Shown here: one piece after another, positions 1-14,157 of the stretch
Layout: each line of letters starts with the position of its first letter
Position numbering within the stretch: the stretch's first letter is position 1
Assembly: GCA_023213395.1 (NCBI GenBank)
Contig: CM041465.1
Location: forward strand, 217,813,741 to 217,877,740
DNA from: Cycas panzhihuaensis
Lineage: Eukaryota; Plantae; Cycadophyta
Direction: 5' to 3'
DNA length: 64,000 bases
The notes under the pieces: generated by a model
The model's input: the letters and a program-made list of their open reading frames with translations, nothing else
What the model was told of the DNA's origin: nothing
The model's database searches: none
Made by a program: the position numbers and the translations under genes

Positions 1-191
1 TATTATTTGGAATGATGACTTAATACCATAATGGCACCATGTTGCCTTAAGAAGATCCCCTTGCCTTAGATAGGGCTACATGATCATCTGAGATATTTGA
101 ATATTATTTTATTTTCTTCTATAAAACTAATATTATTTTATATTTATGAGGTACTATTAATTTTCTATCATTATTTGATGTTGGCATACCA

Positions 192-211
192 ATATAGATA
201 TATATATATAT

Positions 212-259
<48 letters not shown>

Positions 260-295
260 GTAGATAGATAGATATAGATATAGATATAGATATAT
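192..295. repeat. Compound microsatellite (TA)n/(GATA)n/(TAGATA)n
   Basis: Directly visible; forms the left flank of the LTR element starting at 296. Confidence 0.95.
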
Positions 296-516
296 TATTG
301 GAATATTAATACACATTTGTTTTGTCCCACATGCAAGTGGGTCCCACTCTCTCCATATTGACATGTATTATAAATACATAACATAGTGTATCATATTGTA
401 TGATGTTGTAATGATGTTTTGTTAATACAATGGAGGTACCTTAAGGGTACCGTTTGATCTTATGGAGGTGGTCTATTATGTTTGCCAATATCTTATTGCA
501 TGTCTATTTTCCAACA
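296..516 (+). repeat. 5' LTR, family A copy 1
   Basis: TATTGG...CCAACA, immediately followed by the PBS; matches 3886-4106. Confidence 0.92.
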
Positions 517-528
517 TGGTATTAGAGT
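517..528 (+). promoter_or_regulatory. Primer binding site (tRNA-iMet)
   Basis: TGGTATTAGAGT vs canonical TGGTATCAGAGC, directly after the LTR-terminal CA. Confidence 0.85.
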
Positions 529-2731
529 GCCTAGGTTGAGCAAAGTTTATTTGGTGAAACGTTGATTTCATTAATATCAGTGGCTTCATCAAGTTGTTTG
601 CCAATTTGTTATTGATACAATTGTGCCTATCACGTGGCTCTGATCGATGGTTCATGGTTGTGTAGAGGTTAAAACATTGATTGTTATTAATCCCAACCCT
701 TTTACCTATTGCTCATGAAGAATCTATAATTATATATTTGCATTTATGTATACATTATTCCTGCATTTACATCATAGTTGTTGCACCCAAAGAAATTGTT
801 AGATTTATGCATCCTTATGTATGGGTATGGAAATTTGATCCTTATATATATTTGAGAGATCTTATACCTATTGTGGCCCTTTCATGTGGTTCACTATAGC
901 CTTATTTGTAAAAATCATACCTCTGTGTATCCACACTTATGTCTCTCAAACTATGGAGTGCGATTTGTATTGAGGGCTCTATCGCTATGCTTGCCACTGC
1001 ATGATTTCACTCTGTCATTATTCCTTATCACTTGTTTGTGGCTTATTTATGAGATATGCACCAAGAGTGTGGAGTTACCAGGTGATACAACTGTTGCTAC
1101 TTATTGTAAAATTATAGAAGGTATAGATTCAACTATCAATTACATGGAGAGATTCCTAGATTACAGATGTGGGAATGATATCATGAAGTTACACAGCTGT
1201 CATTTCTTGCAATCGTTTTCTTTTGCTTATGTCACCATGATGATATAAATGTCACCACAGAAGATGAATGTAGATTATGCTTAGAGAAGATTCTAGATAG
1301 TGGTGGGAGAGATGCCTTTATGATAGGGGAAGAGATGCATGGAGTTACCTAGATCATAGTGTCAATGCAATGATTGAAGACTGTATGTGCATGGAGAGAA
1401 ATGAGTCAACTGGGCTTCTTCCTTTTTTATTGGGGTCTTTGCAGTCTTCGTTATGGCTGTGATTATTATAGAAAATCATGTTTGTTTCTAGGTATGAAAT
1501 TATAGCTACCGTTGTTTTCTATTTTCTTCTATTTCCTATAGCATCGAATATTTAGAGAAGGGTATCACAAGATGAAGCCAAGAGAAAATGAGATAAGAGA
1601 AGAGTTTACCATTCCATAATGAAAGAGATAGTGGTACATGTGGCTATTGTATATTCATTACCTATTATCATTATAAGTTGCATGCCCTTATTTTATTAAT
1701 TTATTTGATTTATTAAAGCCTTTTAAGGTCACCTAAACATAGTGTATTAAGTCATATTGACTTAATATAGAGATATTTCCTTAATATAAGCTGAGATTAT
1801 TATGGTGGTTATATAATCTGTTGTTGATATATGATGAGGCAAGTATGGTCTTTATAAGAGGCATGCATAAGATGATTTAATGGAAAAGTGGGTTAGGTGA
1901 TATTTAATGACTTTGAGATGATTGTTCTTTTGTAATCTGTTGATGGTGATGTGGTAATGATATGCCTCATGGCTTACATTTGCATGAGAAGGTATGTTGG
2001 GTAAGGTAATTGTTTGATGACATAAGGCAGAAACATGACTTCTTGTATGCATTTTTTCATAAGAAAGCATTGATGGCAAGATGAGTAAGGTGATATGGTA
2101 CTTTATCTCTTAATGACATGTATATGATGTATTCCATTATGAAAAGCGTGTGTTTTGAATGTGATATAAGTATTAGTTATATATTTTTAGTGACGAGGTG
2201 GTGTTGGCATAGTGCTCCCTTATGTGTATTGTACATGAGAGAGTGAGGTTGGTAAAAAGACGTCTATTGTCTCTCTTGTATGTGTTTGCATGAGAGAGTT
2301 AGTGAAGTGATGACTTGGCGATATAAGGCAATTGTGAACCTTATAACATGTGAGGTTACATGACAAGATTGGATATTTGTTGGGCATGTTAAGGGAAAAA
2401 TTAGGTTTGTTTCGTCAATTGAATGAATGCAAAGAAGGATGAGTTTTTGTTAAAGTTACCTGAGTTGCAAGTGTAGTGGCATGAGTTGTGTTGTTGGGTA
2501 ATTAAGTTAAGTATGTGTCTTGGAAATTTAATGGTGACATGAGGTGTGCATGATTTCTGGCTTAAGCATTGATTTGATGGTGGAGTAATTATTTTAGATA
2601 CTTGTTATATGTGATTATTTAACAATATGAGAGATGTGATGTGAGAGATATGAGACATGAGAAATTTTATTAAGAGTGATCAATAGGCAAGTTATCAATG
2701 ATAAATGAGTTTGTTGATTAAGTGTTAGGAA

Positions 2732-3885
2732 ATGGCATTTATAATCATGGAAGAAAATGATTTGGCTATGTATGTTCTTGAAATAAATGAATATTACTTA
2801 AAGGATTCATTTCTTTCGATACCTAAGTATAATGGACAAGACTACTTCTTTTGGACAATTAAAATGAGATGTTTATTTATAGCTAGAGGTTTATGGAAGC
2901 TTGTTACTAATGGATATGATATTACTAAGGATGAAGAAGAAAAGGAAATGCTTGAGAAGAAAGACAGAAAGGCATTCATCATTATTCATGCTACATTTGA
3001 TGAGGTTGATCTTCCTTCTGCATACCATTTTGTCATTCCTAAGATTCAACATGCAAGTACTACTAAGGAAGCATGAGATTTTTTAAAGGAAGTATTTGAA
3101 CAAACTCCTAAATAGATACAGTGAATAATTGAAAAGGCAATTAAGGTTAGTTATAGTTATTGTATAGGTACAATAAATGAAGAAAATATCATCAACACTA
3201 ATGAAATGACATGTCAAGATGAAGAATGTATGAGTACTAATGAAATTTATACTGAATGTAAAGAAATGATAGTTGAATACATTAATGAGACTACAACTAT
3301 TGATGAAGACATTAAAAGTGATGAATCGATAAAGCTTTATTTAGATGATACTATTATTTCAAGAGAAAGTAAATGTGAATCTGATAATCCCATAAAGGAT
3401 GAGTCTTGTAATGATTTAAGTCTAAATGATGCACCTACTTTAAGCATTGATTTAATTTCAAAGAGTATGTAAGTTGATCAAGATTCCACTCCAAAGGTTG
3501 AATAAATCATTATTGTATATGGTAATCAAGAACTTATACAGAATAATGATGATAAACAAGTTGTGTTTGAAGATGGTTACTTACAAGATCTTCACCACAA
3601 TCAGACTAGACCAGCCACAATGAAGAATCAGGATTTGTACTTTCTAGAATTGCTACAACAACATCATGACTACATAATGGAAGATAAAAATTAAACTAAG
3701 GACATCATCTTACAAAGGTATTAGTACAAAATTAAAGATGAAAATCAAGATAAAGACATCATTCTACATCAAAGACATTACTACAAGATTGAAGACAAGG
3801 ATCAAGTTGAAGACATCATCTTTAAGACATTTTTAAGGACAAGGCATTGCAAATACAAATGACCCAAATATGCATTAAGGGGGAG
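2732..3885 (+). pseudogene. Copia-type Gag N-terminal/capsid region (DUF4219/UBN2-like) with acidic linker and C-terminal repeats; several stops
   Basis: IPKYNGQDYFFWTIKMRCLFIARGLWKLV...KKDRKAF...ASTTKEA* is a typical Copia gag N-terminus. The frame continues through 3206-3472 and on to the PPT; homologous to 51458-52530. Confidence 0.85.
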
Positions 3886-4106
3886 TGTTAGAATATTAAT
3901 GCACATTTGTTTTATCCCACATGCAAGTAGGTCCCACTCTCTCCATATTGACATATATTATAAATACACAACATAGTGTATCATATTGTATGATGTTGTA
4001 ATGATGTTTTATTAATACAATGGAGGTACCTAAAGGGTACCGTTTGACCCTGTGGAGGTGTTATGTTCTATTTGCCAATATCTTATTGCATATCTATTTT
4101 CCAATA
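3886..4106 (+). repeat. 3' LTR, family A copy 1
   Basis: TGTTAG...CCAATA directly after the PPT. Confidence 0.92.
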
Positions 4107-4468
<362 letters not shown>

Positions 4469-4989
4469 ATAAAACTATTAAAAAAAATTACATAATTTAC
4501 GTTAAAATAATATGTTCAAAAGCTATTTAGGTTTTAGTGTACTTGACCAAGTTAAGATGCACCATGTTTTATAACCTAAATATTACCTGTTAGGAATTTA
4601 GACAAATTTTCCTATACTTAATAAAAGAAAAACTAAACACTTTGGTCCTCTTTAGTATGGTCCCCAAAAGTGTTGGCTCATGAGGATCCCTCCCCTCCCC
4701 AACCTAGGTCTTAAAGTCCAAGGTCCCTTCTTTCTTAATAGTAGGAGGGATATATTTCTTTATGGAAGATAACAATCCTTGTACTAGGTTAAGGTGAAAG
4801 AAAGATTACATCCTCTATATATCTAATTTACATGGTATGGGAGAATCATCATATCATTATCTTGTCATTTAATGGTTAATTAGGTGTTGGGTGCAAGTCA
4901 AGGAAAAAGGCCAAAATGCCTATCTTATTAGGGTGTTTACACACCTCTTTCACTAGAATATCAATGGGTTTATCCTGAATAGTTTGTGT

Positions 4990-5105
4990 CATTTTCTATT
5001 ACGACCCTTTTATTTTTTTGGTGGTGTTATTATTGGATTTCTCATCACTATTTAGGCAATGAGTAGTTATATGGCCTAACTCACTATAAATGAAGTATGT
5101 CATAT
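4990..5105 (-). pseudogene. Highly degraded Gag zinc-knuckle remnant (repeated in units 2 and 3 of the triplication)
   Basis: Minus-strand DMTYFIYSELGHITTHCLN resembles CX2CX4HX4C with C->Y changes. Confidence 0.35.
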
Positions 5106-6198
5106 CATTAGAATTATTTTTATATATGTTGTGTGTGTGCGTAACTATATATGTGTGCATATATATTAATGCAATACTAAATAAGAAAAAGTGATGGTAA
5201 ATTATAATTTGAGAAGTTTAACATAACAACATTGTTACCAAGATTAAAACAATACAAATTATTCAATTACAATTACAAGGGAGAGCATGACAACAGATAT
5301 CATAGAATAGAGAGTCATTCTTAGTGCTTTCTTCTTGAGAAGCACCGTGTTTTAGGTCACAAAACTCTTGAACTTCTAATTATCATCATGACTTTTCAAC
5401 TTCTCTCATTTGTAAACTTATTCTTATAAATAAATTATAAAAATATGGAAATTTCTATTATTTTTACTATTTACCCTTCACTAATTTAATAACTTAATGG
5501 ACCCCATATTTTATGCATTCTCATGAACTTAGTACCTTTGCCTAATATTGAAATAATTCTCTTTTCACAGGTCCTTAAAACTCACCAATTTGAGGACCTT
5601 CACTCTTCATGCTTCATCAAACCTTTAATGCCTTTATGCATTTACTCTCAATGGTTCACCCTTTGCAAATGTTGCTTCGACCTTTCACTTGGAATCTTAG
5701 ATGTCAATGTGCATGGTATAGAGCATGGAGCTTCACTTTTTTTGCATAGAGTGAGTTTATACTACTAATGTAGTCTCATTAACTATCTTACATATGTTGA
5801 AATGTGATTTAACACCACCTCAATGGCCTTTGGGTAGGTTAAAAAGCTACTCATTTAGTCTATGATAAGCAAGTTGTGTTTGAAGATGGTTACTTACAGG
5901 TTCTTCATCACAATTAGACTAGACCAACCACAATGAAGAATCAGGATTTGTACTTTCTAGATTTGCTACAACAACATCATGAATGCATAATGGAAGATGA
6001 AAATCAAACTAAGGACATCATCCTACAAAGGTGTAAATACAGAATTGAAGATGAAAATTAAGATAAAGACATCATTCTACATCAAAGACATTACTACAAG
6101 ATTGAAGACAAGGATCAAGTTGAAGATATCATCTTCAAGACATTTTCAAGGACTAGGCATTGCAAATACAAATGACCCAAATGTGCATTAAGGGGGAG

Positions 6199-6419
6199 TG
6201 TTAGAATATTAATGTACATTTATTTTGTCCCACATGCAAGTGAGTTCCACTCTCTCCATATTCACATGTATTATAAATACACAACATAGTGTATCATATT
6301 GTATGATGTTGTAATGATGTTTTGTTAATATAATGGAGGTACCTTAAGGGTACCATTTGACCGTGTGGAGGTGTTATGTTTTATTTGCCAATATCTTATT
6401 CCATGTCTATTTTCTACCA
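6199..6419 (+). repeat. Family-A LTR copy created by the triplication
   Basis: 221 bp, preceded by PPT, no PBS after it. Confidence 0.9.
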
Positions 6420-8192
6420 TATATATATATATATATACATACATACATACATACATACAAGAAAACTATTAAAAATAAAATTAACATAATTTACATTAAA
6501 ATAATATCTTCAAAAGCTAATTAGGTTTTAGTGTACTTAACCAAGTTAAGATGCACCATGTTTTATAACCTAAATGTTACTTGTTAGGAATTTAGAAAAA
6601 GTTTCCTACACTTAATAAAAGAAAAACTAAACACTTTGGTCCTCTCTAGTATGGTCCCCAAAAGTGTTGGCTCATGAGGATCCCTCCCCTTCCCAACCTA
6701 GGTCTTCAAGTCCAAGGTCCCTTCTTTCTTAATAGTAGGAAGGATAGATTTCTTTATGGAAGACAATAATCCTTATACTAGGTTAAGGTGAAAGGAAGAT
6801 TACATCCTCTATATATCTGATTTACATGGTATGGGAGAATCATAAGATCATTATCTTGCCATTTAATGGTTAATTAGGTGTTGGGTGCAAGTCAAGGAAA
6901 AAGGCCAAAGTGGCTATCTTATTAGGGTGTTTATACACCTCTTTCACTAGAATATCAATTGGTTTATCCTGAATAGTTTGTGTCGTTTTCTATTATGACC
7001 CTTTTATTTTTTTGGTGGTGTTATTATTAGATTTCTCATCACTATTTAGGCAATGAATAGTTATATGGCCTAACTCACTATAAATGAAGTATGTCATATC
7101 ATCAGAATTATTCTTATATATGTTGTATGTGTGTGTGTCTATGTATGTGTGCATATATATTAATGCAATACTAAATAAGAAAAAGTGATGGTAAAATATA
7201 ATTTGAGAAGTTTAACATAACAACATTGTTACCAAGATTAAAACAATACAAATTATTCAATTACAATTATAAGGGAGAGCATGACAACAGATATCATAGA
7301 ATAGAGAGTCATTCTTAGTGCTTTCTTATTGAGAAGCACCATGTTCTAAGCCACAAAACTCTTGAACTTCTAATTGTCATCATGATTTTTTAACTTCTCT
7401 CATTTGTAAACTTATTCTTATAAAAAAATTATAAAAATATGGAAAATTCTCTTATTTTTACCATTTACCCTTCACTAATTTAATAACTTAATGGACCCCA
7501 TATTTTATGCATTCTCATGAACTTAGTAGCTTTGCCTAATATTGAAATAATTCTCTTTTCACAGGTCCTTAAAACTCACCAATTTGAGGACCTTCACTCT
7601 TCATGATTCGTCAAACCTCTAATGCATTTATGTCTTTGCTCTCAACGGTTCACCCTTTGTAAATGTTACTTCAACCTTTCACTTGGAATCTTAGATGTTA
7701 ATGTGCATGGTATAAAGCATGGAGCTTCACTTTTTTTGCATAGGGTGAGTTTATACTACTAATGTAGTCTCATTAACTATCTTACATATGTTGAAATGTG
7801 ATTTAACACCACCTCAATGGTCTTTGGGTAGGTTAAAAAGCTACTCATTTAGTCCATGACCAGCAAGTTGTGTTTGGATATGGTTACTTACAGGTTATTC
7901 ATCACAATCAAACTAGACCAACCACAATGAAGAATTAGGATTTGTACTTTCTAGTGTTGCTATAGCAACATCATGACTGCATAATGGAAGATAAAAATCA
8001 AACTAAGGACATCATCCTACAAAGGCGTCAGTATAAAATTAAAGACAAAAATCAAGATAAAGACATCATTCTACATCAAAGACATTACTACAATATTGAA
8101 GACAAGGATCAAGTTGAAGATATCATCTTCAAGTCATTTTCAAGGATAAGGCATTGCAAATACAAATGGTCCAAATGTGCATTAAGGGGGAT

Positions 8193-8410
8193 TGTTAGAA
8201 TATTAATGCACATTTATTTTATGCCACATACAAGTAGGTCTCACTCTCTCCATATTGACATGTATTATAAATGAACAACATAGTGTATCATATTGTATTG
8301 TGTTGTAATGATGTTTTGTTAATACAATGGAGGTACCTTAAGGGTATCGTTCGACCCTGTGGAGGTGTTATGTTCTATTTACCAATATCTTATTGCATGT
8401 CTATTTTCCA

Positions 8411-8413
<3 letters not shown>
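8193..8413 (+). repeat. Family-A LTR copy created by the triplication
   Basis: 221 bp TGTTAG...CCAACA, preceded by PPT, no PBS after it. Confidence 0.9.
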
Positions 8414-8441
<28 letters not shown>

Positions 8442-9142
8442 CAATAAAACTATTAAAAATAAAATTAACATAATTTACATTAAAATAATATGTTTAAAAG
8501 CTAATTAGATTTTAGTGTATTTGACCAAGTTAAGATGCACCATGTTTTATAACCTAAATGTTACATGTTAGGAATTTAGACAAATTTTCCTACATTTAAT
8601 AAAAGAAAAACTAAACACTTTGGTCCTGTCTAGTATGGTCCCCAAAAGTGTTGGCTCACGAGGATCCCTCCCCTCCCCAACCTAGGTCTTAAAGTCCAAG
8701 GTCCCATCTTTCTTAATAGTAGGAGGGATATATTTCTTTATGGAAGACAACAATCCTTGTACTAGGTTAAGGTGAAAGGAAGATTACATCCTCTATATAT
8801 CTGATTTACATGGTATGGGAGAATCATAAGATCATTATCTTGTCATTTAATGGTTAATTAGGTGTTGGGTGCAAGTCAAGGAAAAATGTCAAAATGGCTA
8901 TCTTATTAGGGTGTTTATACACCTCTTTCACTAGAATATCAATTGGTTTATCCTGAATAGTTTGTCATTTTCTATTATGACCCTTTTATTTTTTTGGTGG
9001 TGTTATTATTGGATTTCTCATCACTATTTAGGCAATGAGTAGTTCTATGGACTAACTCACTATAAATGAAGTATGTCATATCATTAGAATTATTCTTATA
9101 TATGTTGTATGTGTGTGTGTCTATGTATGTGTGCATATATAT

Positions 9143-10158
9143 TAATGCAATACTAAACAAGAAAAAGTGATGGTAAAATACAATTTGAGAAGTTTAACAT
9201 AACAACATTGTTACTAAGATTAAAACAATATAAATTATTCAATTACAATTACAAGGGAGAGCATGACAACAAATATCATAGAATAGAGAGTCATTCTTAG
9301 TGCTTTCTTCCTGAGAAGCACCATGTTTTAAGTCACAAAACTCTTGAACTTCTAATTGTCATCATGACTTTTCAATTTCTCTCATTTGTAAACTTATTCT
9401 TATAAATAAATTATAAAAATATGGAAAATTCTCTTATTTTTACCATTTACCCTTCACTAATTTAATAACTTAATTAACCCCATATTTTATGCATTCTCAT
9501 GAACTTAGTAGCTTTGCCTAATATTGAAATAATTCTCTTTTCACAGGTCCTTAAAACTCACCAATTTGAGGACCTTCACTCTTCATGCTTTGTCAAACCT
9601 CTAATGCCTTTGCTCTCAATGGTTCAATGGTTCACCCTTTGTAAATGTTGCTTTGCCCTTTCACTTGGAATCTTAGATATCAATGTGCATGGTATAAAGC
9701 ATGGAGCTTCACTTTTTTTGCTTAGAGTGAGTTTATACTACTAATGTAGTCTCATTAACTATCTTACATATGTTGAAATGAGATGGCCTTTGGGTAGGTT
9801 AAAAAGCTACTCATTTATTCTAAACTTATAGACCTTGTGTTTTCATACATACACTAAAATGTCCACCTTCGTGCTACATGTGGGACTAAAAATAAACTTG
9901 CCTCTACAAAGTCACAAACATATGAACTTTAAATGTTTATAATTCCTTCGTATAGCATCCAAATTTGTCAAATCTAAGCACATTGAATAACTCTCTATAA
10001 ACTCTATCCAATAAGATACTCCTATGAATTTATCATAATGCCTAGCCATGTTAAAATATATTGCAAACTATAGGTTCATAGTCTTCAAAACCAAAACTAT
10101 GGATCTTTGTTGTCCAACTTAGTGATGTATAAAACAAGAGGGTAATGTTCTTGTATCA
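9143..10158 (-). repeat. 3' LTR of the CRM-like element (complete copy in unit 3)
   Basis: Similar to 13055-13590 and 58070-58561; strongly diverged. Confidence 0.75.
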
Positions 10159-10184
10159 TTCTCTCTAAGTTACTAAAATGTTTA

Positions 10185-12900
10185 TGTTTAGGTAACAAAT
10201 AATGCCTTCAAAACTTTAGTATATGTACCATCACATAAAACTCCAAATCATAAATAAAATAATTCTTCTTAGCTTCATTCAACCTCTCATTGAAAATTCA
10301 ACTACCCTTCCCTCTTCGCTTAACACCACTCTAATACCAACACTTAATGCATTGCATTCTACTAAAAATACTTGAAATTAGGCAATGAAATATCGTTGCT
10401 TTAGTAATCTTCTATTTTAATATTGCATAACTCCTTTAGGCAACAATTAACCATTAGAATCTTTTTCTATTTATGCAATCCATTAGAGGGGCTACGAAAC
10501 TACTAAAACTTCTTAATAATTTTTGACAAAATTTGGACATGCCATAGAAACCTCTTCCTTCTATAATGCTAGTTGTGTAGGCCATTCCAATATCACCCTC
10601 ACCTTTTCAAGATCCTTCTTCAACCCTTCTTAGTAAATCACAATCCCCAACTTTACTGAACTTTTTTGAAAGATATTACACTTTTTTAGGTTTATAAACA
10701 ATTACTCCCAATGAGGCACACTGAAGACCTACCATAAACTATTAAAATAGTCCTTTATTTACTTGGTAAAAATTAGAATATTATGAAAATATAAGATTAT
10801 AAACTTACCAAAAAAAAGCTTTAACATTACATTCATAAGCCTCATGAAGGTACTTGTTGTGTTTCATAGTCCAAAAATAATTACCAACCACTCATATCAT
10901 CCATCCCTTATTTTAAAGATTATCTTCCATTTGGCTCTTTCATGAACCTAAATCTGGTGATAACCACTCCACAAATCATTCTTTAAAAACTATGACAAAC
11001 CAATAACCACATCCATTATATTATCCATCCTTGGTAAAGGAAATCTTTATATAATTATGATCTTGTTCATAGCTCTTAAATGAACACACAACTACCTTGT
11101 TCCATCATGTAGGTGTCACATAAGAAATTAAATGTTTTCTAAGAAAGCCTTTCTCTAACAATTATTATATCTACTTGTTTACTCATTCTCCTAAGAGTTC
11201 AATATATATTCTACTTGATTGGGTAGTGGTTAATCTAGAATCAAATCAATATGATATATGATACCCCTAATTGGTAGCAAACCTACTCATAACTCTCTTA
11301 GTATGATATCTTTGTATTCATCTAAGAGTCTCTTCATTTCTCTAAGTATTATTTCACATAGTTTATTCTCAACCTTCTTTGCCATTAGAGCATAATAAGC
11401 CCCCATCATAAGAACTTCCCTCATAAATAACTTACAAGATAGAGTTACTATCATGGCTTCCTCTAGTCTTACCAACATAAGCTCAAATCTCTTGCCCTCT
11501 TTAAAAATAGTATAAAAGTTTTTCCTATCATCATGTATGGCTCTTTGATTAAATTTCCATGGTCTTCCCAACATAGTAAGTATCCATGGGGACTACGTCA
11601 TACCACTCCTTATCTTTATAATTGCCAATATGAAATGTTACTAAATATTTCTCCCTAATCATGATTTCTCTTCCTTTCTTAAATAATAAAATTCTATAGG
11701 AAAGTTCATGCTTTTGGCATAGAAGCTTTTAGTTTTGCACCATATCTAAGGCTACCATATTCTCATAACTTACTCTATTAATAACCACCTTATAAATATT
11801 ACCTCTTAACTTACATTATGTTATGAAGATTTGCTTTCTCTCCTTCAATTCATCTCTATCAATTTACTTTCCTTTACTCATGCTCCTTACTCCTAGCAAC
11901 ATTTGATTTTCTATCAATCCTTCTAAACATCTTGAAGTGGATGGTATTGAAATTTTCAATTGTGTTTCTTTCTTGAACCAAATTAATTCTTACCTCCTTG
12001 CTCCTTGCTTTGTCTTCATGTTTTAAGGCACATTCAAAAGCCCTATAACCTTCTTGCTTACATTTATAGTATGTGAAGGTCCTTCTTAGTGTGGTAATTC
12101 CACTTCCAAAACCTTATTCTTTTAATGGAACATAATCACTTCAACCCTTATCTCTTCAAGTAACAAATCCATCCCTTCATCTAAGTGGTACATATATCTT
12201 AGAACCTTTTATCCTCTTAGTTATAAAATTACCTTCACAATCTCTATCTTTAAATCCTCCCTGGCCTCTCTATAGAGATGATTATCTTCTTCTTATAGTT
12301 ATCTTTGTTCTAGCCAACTTATTTTTAACGTTCAAAACCATCTGATAGGTTTCTTTAATGCTTCTAAATTTGTATAAGGTGAGCTTATATTAAATGATAA
12401 AATTAAGACCATTTACATACCTAGTTATTGTTTGTTCCATATCTTTATCCTACTTAATTCTAATGGATAACTTGTAGAACTCATTCGTACACTATTATAT
12501 TATTTTCTTCCTTTGCCTTAGTTTTTAATATTATTTTAACAAATTTTATTCTTAATCTATTGGTATGAATTTCCCTTTTAACTTGATTATCATCTTATTC
12601 CAAGATTTGATATTCTCCTTGCCTCTTCTCACTCTATGCTTCCTTAGATGCTCCCACCATAAAGTTACATGTCCTTTTAGCCTAATGATTATGTATTTTA
12701 CTTGCTTAGGTTCTTCCATCTCTTCCCATTTGAAATAATTCTCTATTGTTATATTCTAGTCTAATAATTCTTCAACATTTAGATTCCCTTTAAAGTTTGG
12801 GACTTTGATCTTCACTGAGCTTTTCTCTTTTATCTAGAAACTTAACCAACAATTCTTTAAGATCAATAAGATACTCTTCTTATTTCTCTTTTTCATCCTC
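10185..12900 (-). pseudogene. CRM-like gag-protease-RT-RNase H remnant; integrase deleted
   Basis: Gag KIKVPNFKGNLNVEELLD..LWWEHLRK..GKENIKSWDKM (~12560-12810); post-protease LGRPWKFNQRAIHDDRKNFY (11287-11574); RNase H CNALSVGIRVVLS..ERLNEAKKNY..YDLEFY..RHYLLPK (~10190-10360), followed directly by the PPT. Confidence 0.85.
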
Positions 12901-13054
12901 CTTAGGTTTTAAATCATGATCTTCTCCCTATTTATATCTTTAATTTTCATTTGCTAACTCTTCTATTCTCATTCTCACAACTTCAATTTCTATATTGGTA
13001 ATAACTAGTCCTCCTCTTATAAACTTCCTTGTTATCCTTAGCTTTGATACCAAA

Positions 13055-13784
13055 TGGTATAATGTTCAATAAGTAAAAGGTCATGTCAAAACATAATTTG
13101 AGAAGTTTAACATAATAATGCTACTACTAAGATTATAATAATAAAAATAATCTAATTACAAATACAATAGAGGGTATAATAACTAATCTCATATAATAAA
13201 GAGTCCCTCTCTTTCTTCCTTACAAACATGATGTGTTTAAATGCAAAACTCTTTAACTTCCAATAGTTTACATGACTTTTTAACTTCTTCCATCTATAAA
13301 TTTCTACTCATAAATGAATCCTAAAAATCTACTAATTTCACTTATTTTCACCCTTTGCCCTTCGTTTATCTTACAACTCTGTAGATCACATATTTTTTGT
13401 CTTCTTGTAAACTTAGAAGCTTTGCCTAATATTAAAATAATGCTCTCTTTGTAAGTCCTCAAAACTCACCAATTTGTGGACCTTTGTTCTTTTCACTTTG
13501 CCAAATCTCTAATGCCTTCACACCTCTACTCTTTATATTTTACTTCTACCTTTCACTTGCAACCTTAGATATTAATGCATAAGGCATAAAGTGTAATTCT
13601 TTGCCCTTAATCAAGTCTTCTCTACCTTTGCACTTTGATGAATGTTCATCTTCTTTGAATCAATTGTCACCTTCACTCATAATTATCTTATAGAGCACAA
13701 GGAGTGTCCTATATCTCTCTAGTGGACTTAGTTAAATTTTTTATTTCTCCTCTACATGACTATGTGCTTTGCCTATGGAGTTAG
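13055..13784 (-). repeat. 5' LTR of the CRM-like element, part 1 (split by the Gypsy insertion)
   Basis: Follows PBS-rc 13041-13052; similar to 5167-5720. Confidence 0.75.
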
Positions 13785-14157
13785 TGTGTGTGTTAGTTAA
13801 GTTGCAACTCTTTTGTTTGTATTTGTAACAATTGTAACTAACTCAGAATCATAGTGAATATAAATACCATGATGTAAAGAATATAGAGGAGGTGAGATTT
13901 TTTCTGGAAAGAGTTACGGTACTCTGGTCATCATCGTATAGAATGAGATTAGCCGTAATTCCATGTCTACTATAAAGGTCCATCTCTGTGTGTACTATTA
14001 CGGGTCAGCTCTAGTTATTAGAGAACTAGAGTGACCCATCATAATACAATAATGATGGTTCTTGTACTCCCATGTATATGCTGTGTACTTGGTGAATGAT
14101 TGCAATCCGTTGATTTCCTGTGCTTGTTTCCTTATGAGAGTTTAGTGATAACACACA
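13785..14157 (+). repeat. 5' LTR (373 bp) of the plus-strand Gypsy
   Basis: Direct repeat of 57042-57400. Confidence 0.92.

Larger units (their letters stand above)
296..4106 (+). mobile_element. Non-autonomous Copia-derived gag-only (TR-GAG-like) LTR retrotransposon, family A copy 1
   Basis: 221-bp direct repeats at 296-516 and 3886-4106 (~19 mismatches by eye). tRNA-iMet PBS TGGTATTAGAG(T) at 517-528; PPT AAGGGGGAG at 3877-3885; Copia gag remnant, no pol. Flanks TATAT/TATCT inside TA microsatellite. Confidence 0.92.

Noticed and set aside
871-1248. 125-aa ORF in the A1 leader with faint Gag-like GDTTVATY
   Set aside because: Too weak to call, and absent from family copy A2.
6199-8413. Independent 2.2-kb LTR element (LTR-internal-PPT-LTR)
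   Set aside because: No PBS and no TSD; fully explained by the tandem triplication.
10329-10340. PBS-like TGGTATTAGAGT on the minus strand
   Set aside because: Falls within the RNase H codons for SVGIRVV; no adjacent LTR end.
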